From assembly GCA_016787005.1 (NCBI GenBank), contig JAEUTS010000340.1, positions 1 to 36,672 of the forward strand: 36,672 bases of DNA. The letters are read 5' to 3'. The notes beneath the pieces were generated by a model. It searched no databases. It saw nothing but the letters and a program-made list of their open reading frames with translations, and had not been told where the DNA came from. Every line of letters begins with the position of its first letter. Positions within the stretch are counted from its first letter, which is position 1. This document shows positions 1 to 7,222 of this stretch, piece after piece. Made by a program: the position numbers and the translations under genes. Origin of the DNA: Bacteroidia bacterium (GTDB lineage: Bacteria > Bacteroidota > Bacteroidia > JABDFU01).

Positions 1-359
1 GCCGCCATTTTTTCATTGTTAATGCTTTCACGGGCCGCACTCATAAGCTTCTCCCCTTCTTTTCCTGCTTTTGCTTTTGCTTCCGCAATAATAGAATCTT
101 TCATTTCACGAGCTTCTTTTAGTAGCTTATCGCGTTCAGCTTTGGCTTCACTAATAATGCGCTCATTATTGGATTGTAAAGAAGCCATTTCTTCTTTTGC
201 TTTTTTTGCAGCATCCAAAGCATTTTGAATTCCATCTTCGCGTTCTTTCAGCATACCTAATATAGGAGACCAGGCATATTTTTTAAGAATAAAAACAATT
301 ATTCCAAATGAAATGAACATCCAAAAGATGAGTCCAAACGCCGGTTTTACTAATTCCAT
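1..359 (-). CDS. atpF: F0F1 ATP synthase subunit b, N-terminal part (3' end runs off the window)
   Basis: Absent from the ORF track because it is open at the window edge. Minus-strand ATG at 359-357 translates to MELVKPAFGLIFWMFISFGIIVFILKKYAWSPILGMLKEREDGIQNALDAAKKAKEEM..., one N-terminal TM helix followed by a charged coiled coil. It lies directly downstream of atpB-atpE. Confidence 0.85.
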   Translation of the reverse strand, partial: MELVKPAFGLIFWMFISFGIIVFILKKYAWSPILGMLKEREDGIQNALDAAKKAKEEMASLQSNNERIISEAKAERDKLLKEAREMKDSIIAEAKAKAGKEGEKLMSAARESINNEKMA

Positions 360-410
360 GACAAACAGAAATTAAAAAGAATGAATAAAAATTTAAATTA
401 ACAGTCTTTT

Positions 411-449
411 AAAAACCGCAGTTGCAACCAACCGTTGAAACTGCGGTTT
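411..449 (-). terminator. Intra-operon stem-loop with U-tract between atpE and atpF (attenuator or mRNA-stabilising hairpin)
   Basis: Perfect 11-bp stem, AAACCGCAGTT (413-423) with AACTGCGGTTT (439-449). On the minus strand a T5 run follows (plus-strand A run 411-415). Confidence 0.5.
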
Positions 450-467
450 GAAATTTTGGTAAGCCAG

Positions 468-725
468 TTACTTCATAAAAATTACAAGTAACCCAACCAC
501 CATTGCAAAGAAAGCGGCACCTTCAACAAGTGCAGCAGTAAGAATCATGTTGGCACGAAGGTCGTTCATCAATTCAGGCTGACGCGCCATTGATTCCAAT
601 GCGCTTCCGCCAATGCGACCAATACCGATACCTGCACCTACTGCAGCTACACCTGCTCCAAGCGCAGCGATACCGTAACCGGCACCTCCGCCAGCTGCTT
701 CCTGTAGTAACGTGAATAGAAACAT
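468..725 (-). CDS. atpE: F0F1 ATP synthase subunit c
   Basis: 85-aa two-helix hairpin protein. It has a Gly-rich TM1 (GAGVAAVGAGIGIGRIGG), an ARQP loop, and the carboxylate in TM2 (LVEGAAFF). Confidence 0.95.
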   Translation of the reverse strand: MFLFTLLQEAAGGGAGYGIAALGAGVAAVGAGIGIGRIGGSALESMARQPELMNDLRANMILTAALVEGAAFFAMVVGLLVIFMK

Positions 726-793
726 ATTAATTAATTATTTAGTTATGCTCCCGTTTAAATGTCGCTGTCGGGAACTTTCCAGCGGTAATATTA

Positions 794-1912
794 TCAATGA
801 TGCTCTTCTGTATGATGGTGTTCTTCAATAGCAGAGCCGAAATACATCGCGGAAAGCAAAGTAAATACATAGGCCTGCAGGAATGCCACTAACAGTTCAA
901 GGAATCCCATAAATACGGTAAATGCAATTGAAAGAACGGATACACCATAACCTAATCCGGCATTCATTTCGCCAAATATGAAGATCAGACTATAAAAGGA
1001 AAGGGCAATAATATGCCCGGCAGTAATGTTTGCAAAAAGCCGTATCATTAATACAAAAGGGCGAAGAACAAATCCCAGTATCTCAATGGGAGTTAAAATG
1101 ACCAATATTCCAATTGGAATGCCCGGCATGGCAAAAATATGGCGCCAATAGTTTCTGTTTGCAGTAATGACTATTACAATTAGTGAAATAACGGCAAGAG
1201 TCATTGTAATGGCAATATTGCCCGTTAAATTTGTTCCACCTGGAAAAATCGGAATTAATCCCAGGAGATTGTTGATGAGGATAAAAAAGAATACAGTAAG
1301 CAAATAGGGTAAATACTTTTCATATTTCGGGCCAATACTCGGCTTTGCTACCTCATCACGGATAAAAGTTATAAGCGGCTCAACAAAAGATTGCTTTCCT
1401 TTTGGTGCACTGCTTTTGTTGGCTACGTAAGCTTTTGCCACTGATATGAACAGCCACAGCATGAAAATGCAGCTAAACAAAAGTGTTACAACATTTTTAG
1501 TAATTGAAATGTCCCACAAACTTTTTGTAAGGTCTTCATTTACTGTGGCCTCATGAGCATCAACTGCTTCTGTTTCATTAACAGCAAGCACATGATTGTG
1601 TTCGAGTTTGTAGCCCTTATATGTTTTATGCCCATGATGAAAGTTCGATGACAAGAATAAGTCAAGGCCTCTTTCCCTGGAATAGATAATAACAGGAAGT
1701 GGAATGCTGGTTGCATTGTCACCTTCTCCCCAAAGATGCCAGTCGTGAGCATCTCCGATATGATCCATAATCAATTCGCCGGGGTTGAATTTTTTTTCTT
1801 TGGCAATTTCTTCTGTGTTGCCAAAAGCCAGCGAAAACACGAAGGCGCAGATTGTTGTAAGTAAAAGTTTGTAAAAACGGGTATATGCCGGGTATTGTTG
1901 CCTTATCTTCAC
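794..1912 (-). CDS. atpB: F0F1 ATP synthase subunit a with a long N-terminal extension; GTG start
   Basis: 372 aa. The C-terminal half carries the subunit-a signature (LRPFVLMIRLFANITAGHI). The first codon is GTG (revcomp of 1910-1912). The gene order is a-c-b. Confidence 0.9.
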   Translation of the reverse strand: MKIRQQYPAYTRFYKLLLTTICAFVFSLAFGNTEEIAKEKKFNPGELIMDHIGDAHDWHLWGEGDNATSIPLPVIIYSRERGLDLFLSSNFHHGHKTYKGYKLEHNHVLAVNETEAVDAHEATVNEDLTKSLWDISITKNVVTLLFSCIFMLWLFISVAKAYVANKSSAPKGKQSFVEPLITFIRDEVAKPSIGPKYEKYLPYLLTVFFFILINNLLGLIPIFPGGTNLTGNIAITMTLAVISLIVIVITANRNYWRHIFAMPGIPIGILVILTPIEILGFVLRPFVLMIRLFANITAGHIIALSFYSLIFIFGEMNAGLGYGVSVLSIAFTVFMGFLELLVAFLQAYVFTLLSAMYFGSAIEEHHHTEEHH

Positions 1913-1938
1913 CTTCTTTTCAGTTTCTAAATGCGGCG

Positions 1939-1946
1939 CAAATTTA
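1939..1946 (-). promoter_or_regulatory. Bacteroidota-type -7 box (TAAATTTG) for atpB
   Basis: Exact TAnnTTTG match on the minus strand, 26 nt upstream of the atpB GTG. Confidence 0.4.
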
Positions 1947-2212
1947 TGTAAAAAAACAAATAGAATTATATGATTGTTGATAGCTTTTTACTAACAAAGT
2001 CATATTTTTTATTTGAAGGGGTAAGAGTAAATTAAAATGAAAGAAAACAGGGTTTTTGATTGGTTTAGAAGCTTAATTTTAGCCAAAATGTTTGAATAAT
2101 AAGCTTTTGGTTGATAATGATGATGAAAGCGTATTATGGCTATCTGTAGAAATTGTTTTCTGAAGATCGTGTTTCACTTCAGCAATATAGGCGGACTGAT
2201 AGCCTTAGGTAG

Positions 2213-2593
2213 TTAGGATGGTTTATTTTGACTGAAATGCTTTAATAAAATAACTACTTCAAAAGCGGTAAATACTAAGTAATGAATAAGGAAACCTACA
2301 ATAAAAGCTATTGCATGGGCCCTGTTTAATATACCGTATACAACTATTGAAAATAGACAAAGGAGTAATTTTAAGCTTGTGATACCCATGAAATTACGTA
2401 CAAATTGATTAGGTTTTGTATCGCCTCTGCCGACCAGAAGATAATGAGCTAAAAAGGTAATCAGTACAAAAAAGGCCAATATAAACCAAAGGTCGTTGAG
2501 CTGCTTTTGTTCAGGACTATAGGTATTCCATATCCAGATACCAATACCGGCAAAGATGGATAATGCAAAAAGCTGAAGGAGGAAACGGTTCAT
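2213..2593 (-). CDS. Small 4-TM membrane protein of unknown function
   Basis: 126 aa with four hydrophobic segments and no catalytic motif. It starts 24 nt after the PhoH-like stop and lies about 300 nt upstream of atpB. The position resembles small membrane proteins that precede atp operons, but identity is unproven. Confidence 0.5.
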   Translation of the reverse strand: MNRFLLQLFALSIFAGIGIWIWNTYSPEQKQLNDLWFILAFFVLITFLAHYLLVGRGDTKPNQFVRNFMGITSLKLLLCLFSIVVYGILNRAHAIAFIVGFLIHYLVFTAFEVVILLKHFSQNKPS

Positions 2594-2617
2594 GGTCTGG
2601 TCTGGATCATCCTGCAG

Positions 2618-3958
2618 TTATAAAAACTCATTTGCCAGGTTGGCCAGCTCCGAGCGCTCCCCTTTTTCAAGAGTAACGTGTGCATACAGCTTTTGACCCT
2701 TCAGGCGATCGATGAGGTATGACAAACCGTTACTTTGTGTGTCAAGATATGGAGTGTCGATCTGGAACACATCACCTGTAAATATGATCTTTGTGTTTTC
2801 CCCAGCACGGCTGATGATTGTTTTTACTTCATGTGGTGTAAGATTCTGAGCCTCATCAACAATAAAAAATACGTTGGATAGACTGCGTCCGCGAATATAG
2901 GCCAATGGGCAAACAACGAGTTTTTCATTCTCCACCATTTCACTAATTTGCTTGAACTCTTTGTCCTTCTCATCAAACTGGTTCTTGATGAACTTCAGGT
3001 TGTCCCAAAGAGGTTCCATATAGGGGTTCAGTTTCGATTTAATATCACCAGGCAGGTAGCCTATGTCTTTATTACTAAGTGGAACTACCGGGCGTGCCAG
3101 GTAGATCTGGTGATAGTTCCGTCGCTGTTCCAGTGCACCTGCCAGTGATAAAAGTGTTTTGCCGGTACCCGCAACACCCTGCAGGCTAACAAGACTTAGT
3201 TGAGGATTTAAAATGGCATCCAGGGCAAAGGCTTGCTCCGCATTACGCGGATTAATTTTATAGGCCGAAACTTTTTTAACGCGCTCCATCACATTTTCTT
3301 CCTGGTTATAGTGTGCAAGTACCGATTTTGATCCGTTCTTTAGAACGTAAAAATGATTGGCAACCGGTTTGGTACGTTTTAAAAAAGTGGATGGATCGCT
3401 GCTGCCTTTTTCGTAAATTTCATCAATGACCTCAGTCGGAATTTTTTCCACAACCGAGCGGCCGGTATACATTTCGTCAATATCCTTTATTTTGCCGGTT
3501 TCGTAATCTTCAGCATTCAGGTTAAGTGATTTGGCTTTAAGGCGAAGGTTAATATCCTTGGTAACCATGATCACTTTACGTGCCGGGTTCTGCTCGCTTA
3601 AATAAAGAGCTGTGTTTAATATTCGGTGATCGGCTTTGCGTTCGCCAAATACTTTTTCAGAATCTACCTTTGCATGCTGATTCATCTCAATTTTAAACAG
3701 GCCATGGCCTTTGCCGTTAATATTTACCCAATCCTGTAATGTATTGCGGCCTGATATTTTGTCGATGTAACGTATAAACTCGCGTGCCGCGAAGTTTTTG
3801 GTGTCGTTACCTTTTTTAAAATTGTCTAATTCTTCAAGTACAGTAATAGGAATAACCACATCATGTTCTTTAAAGCTTTTTATCGCGTGGTGGTCATACA
3901 GGATAACGGATGTGTCGAGAACGAAAATCTTTTTGTCATTACGATCGGTTAGGGACAT
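2618..3958 (-). CDS. PIN-domain / PhoH-like ATPase fusion (PhoH2/YlaK type)
   Basis: 446 aa. The N-terminus has PIN-like acidic motifs (FVLDTSVIL, TVLEELD). The C-terminus has a PhoH-type P-loop (GVAGTGKT) and a Walker B-like motif (FFIVDEAQN). Confidence 0.85.
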   Translation of the reverse strand: MSLTDRNDKKIFVLDTSVILYDHHAIKSFKEHDVVIPITVLEELDNFKKGNDTKNFAAREFIRYIDKISGRNTLQDWVNINGKGHGLFKIEMNQHAKVDSEKVFGERKADHRILNTALYLSEQNPARKVIMVTKDINLRLKAKSLNLNAEDYETGKIKDIDEMYTGRSVVEKIPTEVIDEIYEKGSSDPSTFLKRTKPVANHFYVLKNGSKSVLAHYNQEENVMERVKKVSAYKINPRNAEQAFALDAILNPQLSLVSLQGVAGTGKTLLSLAGALEQRRNYHQIYLARPVVPLSNKDIGYLPGDIKSKLNPYMEPLWDNLKFIKNQFDEKDKEFKQISEMVENEKLVVCPLAYIRGRSLSNVFFIVDEAQNLTPHEVKTIISRAGENTKIIFTGDVFQIDTPYLDTQSNGLSYLIDRLKGQKLYAHVTLEKGERSELANLANEFL

Positions 3959-4142
3959 ATGGTTAAGTTTTGAGTTCTATAAAACTATAACAATGTGAAT
4001 TAGCTTTATGAAGGGGGTGTAAAAGAAATCAACAATAGATTGTTACAATCACCAGAGAATATCAGCATTAAATTTGGCGCTATTCTTTTATAGATAAGGG
4101 ATTGAGCGTATGAAGAAAATGCCGGGTCAGCAATAAGGGCGG

Positions 4143-4763
4143 TTAATTGTTCAGCTTAACATAAAACAAAGGTTGATAACCCACGAAAGTTCCATCTTCA
4201 GAATAGTGGTTAACATAGAGGATTAAAGCTGTTGGTTTTCTTTCCAGTTTAAAATTGTCTTTGTCGAACCAGACTTTTTCCCGAACTCTCATTAATGAAA
4301 TGGTATTAGGCCCAATATTTTCATAAATGATCCTGGTCTCTGCATTTTTTGCCAAAGAATCTTTATTAAGAACTGTAACCTTTTTTTCGAGTATGGCCTT
4401 TACCTGGTCCAGTGTAAATGCTGCATTAGTGAAAAAATTAAATGCCGTCTGTTTGCCGCTTAAAACTGCGTCAATTACATCTGCATATATGCTTTTGTGA
4501 TCAATGTTCCTGAAAACATTGTTCCAATCTTCGGGCGCCCAATCTTCAGGGACTGACAAGTTAATACTTGATTCAACCTGCTCTGCCCATTGTTTCATAT
4601 TGGGAGGGGCTGGAGTAGCTGTGTCGGTTATTATTGTGGTAGTGGTTGGATTTGTATTTATTGCGGCAGTTTCCGGTTTGCTTTCCTCTTTGCAAGAAAA
4701 AAGCATCGATATCATTGAAAAGGCTAGTATTACAATGATAGTGTGCTTAAAATAGATTGACAT
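4143..4763 (-). CDS. Hypothetical lipoprotein
   Basis: The internal ATG at 4763 gives MSIYFKHTIIVILAFSMISMLFSC, a lipobox-like Cys after a hydrophobic segment. A Thr/Pro-rich linker follows. The 4793 start in the ORF track is TTG. Confidence 0.55.
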   Translation of the reverse strand: MSIYFKHTIIVILAFSMISMLFSCKEESKPETAAINTNPTTTTIITDTATPAPPNMKQWAEQVESSINLSVPEDWAPEDWNNVFRNIDHKSIYADVIDAVLSGKQTAFNFFTNAAFTLDQVKAILEKKVTVLNKDSLAKNAETRIIYENIGPNTISLMRVREKVWFDKDNFKLERKPTALILYVNHYSEDGTFVGYQPLFYVKLNN

Positions 4764-4896
4764 TTTTAAACAGCAATATTTAGTTAAGAGCAAGTTTACA
4801 ACTATTTTGTATAATATTCAATACCGGTGCTATACATGCGTCTTTTGGTTTATTGGTTACAAATCTATATTTTCGCATTCCTTTGTTGTAAATTTC

Positions 4897-4970
4897 GGGC
4901 CCATAGCTCATTCGGTTAGAGCAACAGACTCATAATCTGTGGGTGCTTGGTTCGATTCCAAGTGGGCCCA
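4897..4970 (+). tRNA. tRNA with CAT anticodon (elongator Met, or Ile2 if lysidine-modified)
   Basis: Hand-folded cloverleaf. Acceptor GGGCCCA/TGGGCCC, D arm GCTC..GAGC, anticodon stem ACAGA/TCTGT with loop CTCATAA, T arm CTTGG-TTCGATT-CCAAG. No encoded CCA. The anticodon stem lacks the three G-C pairs of an initiator. Confidence 0.85.
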
Positions 4971-4971
4971 C

Positions 4972-5002
4972 AAAAAGCCTTATAGAAATATGAGGCTTTT
5001 TA
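4972..5002 (+). terminator. Rho-independent terminator after the tRNA
   Basis: AAAGCCTTATA-GAAA-TATGAGGCTTT stem with one G-U pair and a GAAA loop, followed by a T-rich run. Confidence 0.6.
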
Positions 5003-5033
5003 TTTATAATGTATTCAAGCAGAACATAAAGTA

Positions 5034-5669
5034 GTGACCTTAACTATTAAAAATATAATTTTCGACCTCGGCGGAGTATTACTCAATTTGGACTACGCAT
5101 TAACAACAAAGGCCTTTCAGAAAATTGCGCCCGGCTTTGGTTCATTTGACGCTATTTATGCCGAACAGAAGGATAAGAAGTTATTTGAGGATTTTGAGAC
5201 TGGAACAATATCAGCCCTTTCATTCAGAGATGGGATAAGAAGCTTGATTAAAAGCAATATTGATGACAAAACAATTGATGCGGCATGGAATGCCATGTTG
5301 CTCGACTTTCCACCTGAACGATTAAGGTTGCTTCAAATACTTAGATTGAAATACCGGTTATTTCTGTTAAGCAATACAAATGAGATACACTTAGAGACGG
5401 TTAATGAAATTTTAACTAAAACTTTAGGGCTAAAAGATTTGTCGGGTATTTTTGAAAAGGAATATTACTCTTATAAGGTTGGAATGCGAAAGCCAAACAA
5501 GGAGATTTTCCAATTGGTAATTTCAGAAAACAACCTGGATCCTTCAGAAACACTATTCATTGATGACTCAGCACAACATATTGAAGGGGGAAAGGGTGCA
5601 GGTTTACAGACTTTTTTAATGAAAAAGGATAAAGTCCTTTCAGAGGAACTTTTGAATTTTAAACTTTAA
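5034..5669 (+). CDS. HAD-superfamily hydrolase (subfamily IA-like); GTG start
   Basis: N-terminal DxG motif in IIFDLGGVLL, motif II LLSNTN, motif IV FIDDS. Confidence 0.75.
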   Translation: MTLTIKNIIFDLGGVLLNLDYALTTKAFQKIAPGFGSFDAIYAEQKDKKLFEDFETGTISALSFRDGIRSLIKSNIDDKTIDAAWNAMLLDFPPERLRLLQILRLKYRLFLLSNTNEIHLETVNEILTKTLGLKDLSGIFEKEYYSYKVGMRKPNKEIFQLVISENNLDPSETLFIDDSAQHIEGGKGAGLQTFLMKKDKVLSEELLNFKL

Positions 5670-6076
5670 ACCGGGTTTATCTCCTGGCAAAGCTCTATCA
5701 ATACGCCATTCGTGCTTTTCGGATGTAAAAAGCAGACGAGTTTATTGTCGGCACCTTTTTTAGGTTCGGCAGAAAGTAGCGTAAAGCCCTCTGCCTGTAG
5801 TCGTTTCATTTCTTTATAAATATCATCTACTTCAAGCGCGATGTGGTGAATGCCTTCCCCTCTCTTTTCAATGAACTTAGCGATAGGGCTATCCGGACCA
5901 GTTGCTTCAAGTAATTCTATTTTGTTATCACCGATCTTAAAGAAGGATGTGGAAACCTTTTCGCTGTCAACCTGCTCAACCTTATAATGCGGCTCCCCCA
6001 ATAGCTTTCTGAACAGGTCATTGGAGTCATTAATGCTTTTCACAGCAATTCCTATATGTTCAACGCGTAGATACAT
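5666..6076 (-). CDS. mce: Methylmalonyl-CoA epimerase (VOC/glyoxalase fold)
   Basis: 136 aa with HIGIAV at the N-terminus, GEGIHHIALEV, and the C-terminal GVLIELCQ pattern typical of this family. Confidence 0.8.
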   Translation of the reverse strand: MYLRVEHIGIAVKSINDSNDLFRKLLGEPHYKVEQVDSEKVSTSFFKIGDNKIELLEATGPDSPIAKFIEKRGEGIHHIALEVDDIYKEMKRLQAEGFTLLSAEPKKGADNKLVCFLHPKSTNGVLIELCQEINPV

Positions 6077-6088
6077 GATAAGTGGTAT

Positions 6089-6122
6089 AAAAAAATGATC
6101 CCGATAATTATTACCGGGATCA
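6089..6122 (-). terminator. Rho-independent terminator after the 6146-6961 gene
   Basis: 8-bp stem TGATCCCG/CGGGATCA (6096-6103 with 6115-6122). On the minus strand a T7 run follows (plus-strand A run 6089-6095). Confidence 0.6.
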
Positions 6123-6145
6123 TGTATGTATTGTAGAATACCTTG

Positions 6146-6961
6146 TTATTTCTTTACAAATTCGCCGGATTTGCCATCATATATAATGTAATATACGCCC
6201 TTTTGCAGGTTAGAAACATCCACTTGTTTAGCAAAGCCTTTCTTAACAATGTTTCCATATTGATCATAAATTTCGAACATCGTTTCTTCAGCAGCCTTAG
6301 GGTTTGCCTGTTGCACAAATTCGATAACATTACTTACCTTCTTTGGCATAAAATCAAGTGTAGGGGAAGTTGACTGGTAGTCGATAGGCTTTGATAAACG
6401 GGGCTGATTAGTATAATCTACCTGTTTAACCCTGAATTGATTTTTACCTGAATGTGGAACAATCTTAAAGGAGTACTCATTTACATCAGTAGATCCACTG
6501 CCTTCAACTTCGCCTACTTTCTTCCAGGTTGTATATACAAACTGCTCAATAACATAAGGAAGTTTTCCGGTCTCACCTTTTGTCGACCATTTTAAAGTAC
6601 CATCTTTTTCAACTTTCATTGAAAGGACTTCGTATGTGCTTCTTGGCTTTAAAACTTCAGGATTCAGAACTTTAGGTTTGCAATCGTCTTTGTGCTTAAT
6701 CTTAACCTCAATTTTGTCGCCCAGTTTCAATTGAAAATTTTTGAAATCTATTTCAAAAGCACTTGAGTTGATCTCATCAGTTGTTACCTGATCATTCACT
6801 AAAACTTCCATCACGCAAAAACCGACACCCGAACTACCAAAAGGGTTCTGTACAAAGAGGTTTTTACCCTGGTAATTGCCTTCAAGTACAATAACTCCTG
6901 CATTTGCCCCGAAGGCTGTGAGAAGTAGGCTAACAACTGCAAATAATAGAAGTTTCTTCAT
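6146..6961 (-). CDS. Secreted protein of unknown function with a probable T9SS C-terminal sorting domain
   Basis: The internal ATG at 6961 gives the signal peptide MKKLLLFAVVSLLLTAFGANA. The C-terminus (FEIYDQYGNIVKKGFAKQVDVSNLQKGVYYIIYDGKSGEFVKK) fits the T9SS CTD pattern. Confidence 0.6.
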   Translation of the reverse strand: MKKLLLFAVVSLLLTAFGANAGVIVLEGNYQGKNLFVQNPFGSSGVGFCVMEVLVNDQVTTDEINSSAFEIDFKNFQLKLGDKIEVKIKHKDDCKPKVLNPEVLKPRSTYEVLSMKVEKDGTLKWSTKGETGKLPYVIEQFVYTTWKKVGEVEGSGSTDVNEYSFKIVPHSGKNQFRVKQVDYTNQPRLSKPIDYQSTSPTLDFMPKKVSNVIEFVQQANPKAAEETMFEIYDQYGNIVKKGFAKQVDVSNLQKGVYYIIYDGKSGEFVKK

Positions 6962-7154
6962 TTTTGTAATATTAAAAATAAGGTTACCCATTATTTTTGG
7001 AACCGCAATATTATAATGTTATTTCAGAAATTCAAAATAAAACCTAATTATTTTTACTATTTATTGTGCCAAATATAATAATCTTCTTTTTAATAAAGCT
7101 GCTAAAAGTATATAAAAAAATTCAACCCCAATTATTAGGCTTGTTAATGGCCTT

Positions 7155-7162
7155 TATATTTG
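7155..7162 (+). promoter_or_regulatory. -7 box (TATATTTG) upstream of the solute-binding protein gene
   Basis: Exact TAnnTTTG, 60 nt upstream of ATG 7223. Confidence 0.35.
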
Positions 7163-7222
7163 TTATTTAATTAAAGTTGTGTTATCCTTGCAGTCCGTTA
7201 TTAATAAGCTAATAAGGAGTAA

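Noticed and set aside
16-228. 70-aa plus-strand ORF from the six-frame track
   Set aside because: It lies antisense to a clean atpF reading frame and has a low-complexity Ser/Ala/Phe composition. It is a shadow of the Lys/Glu/Ala-rich coiled-coil codons.
1913-2212. Possible atpI/atpZ gene or remnant in the 300-bp gap upstream of atpB
   Set aside because: All three minus-strand frames are broken by stops. The longest ORF is a 32-codon GTG ORF with no hydrophobic segment, so there is no support for a membrane protein here.
4897-5033. tRNA-Met as an integration hotspot for a genomic island
   Set aside because: No integrase, no direct repeat of the tRNA 3' end, and no compositional break downstream. 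The flanking genes are ordinary metabolic genes.
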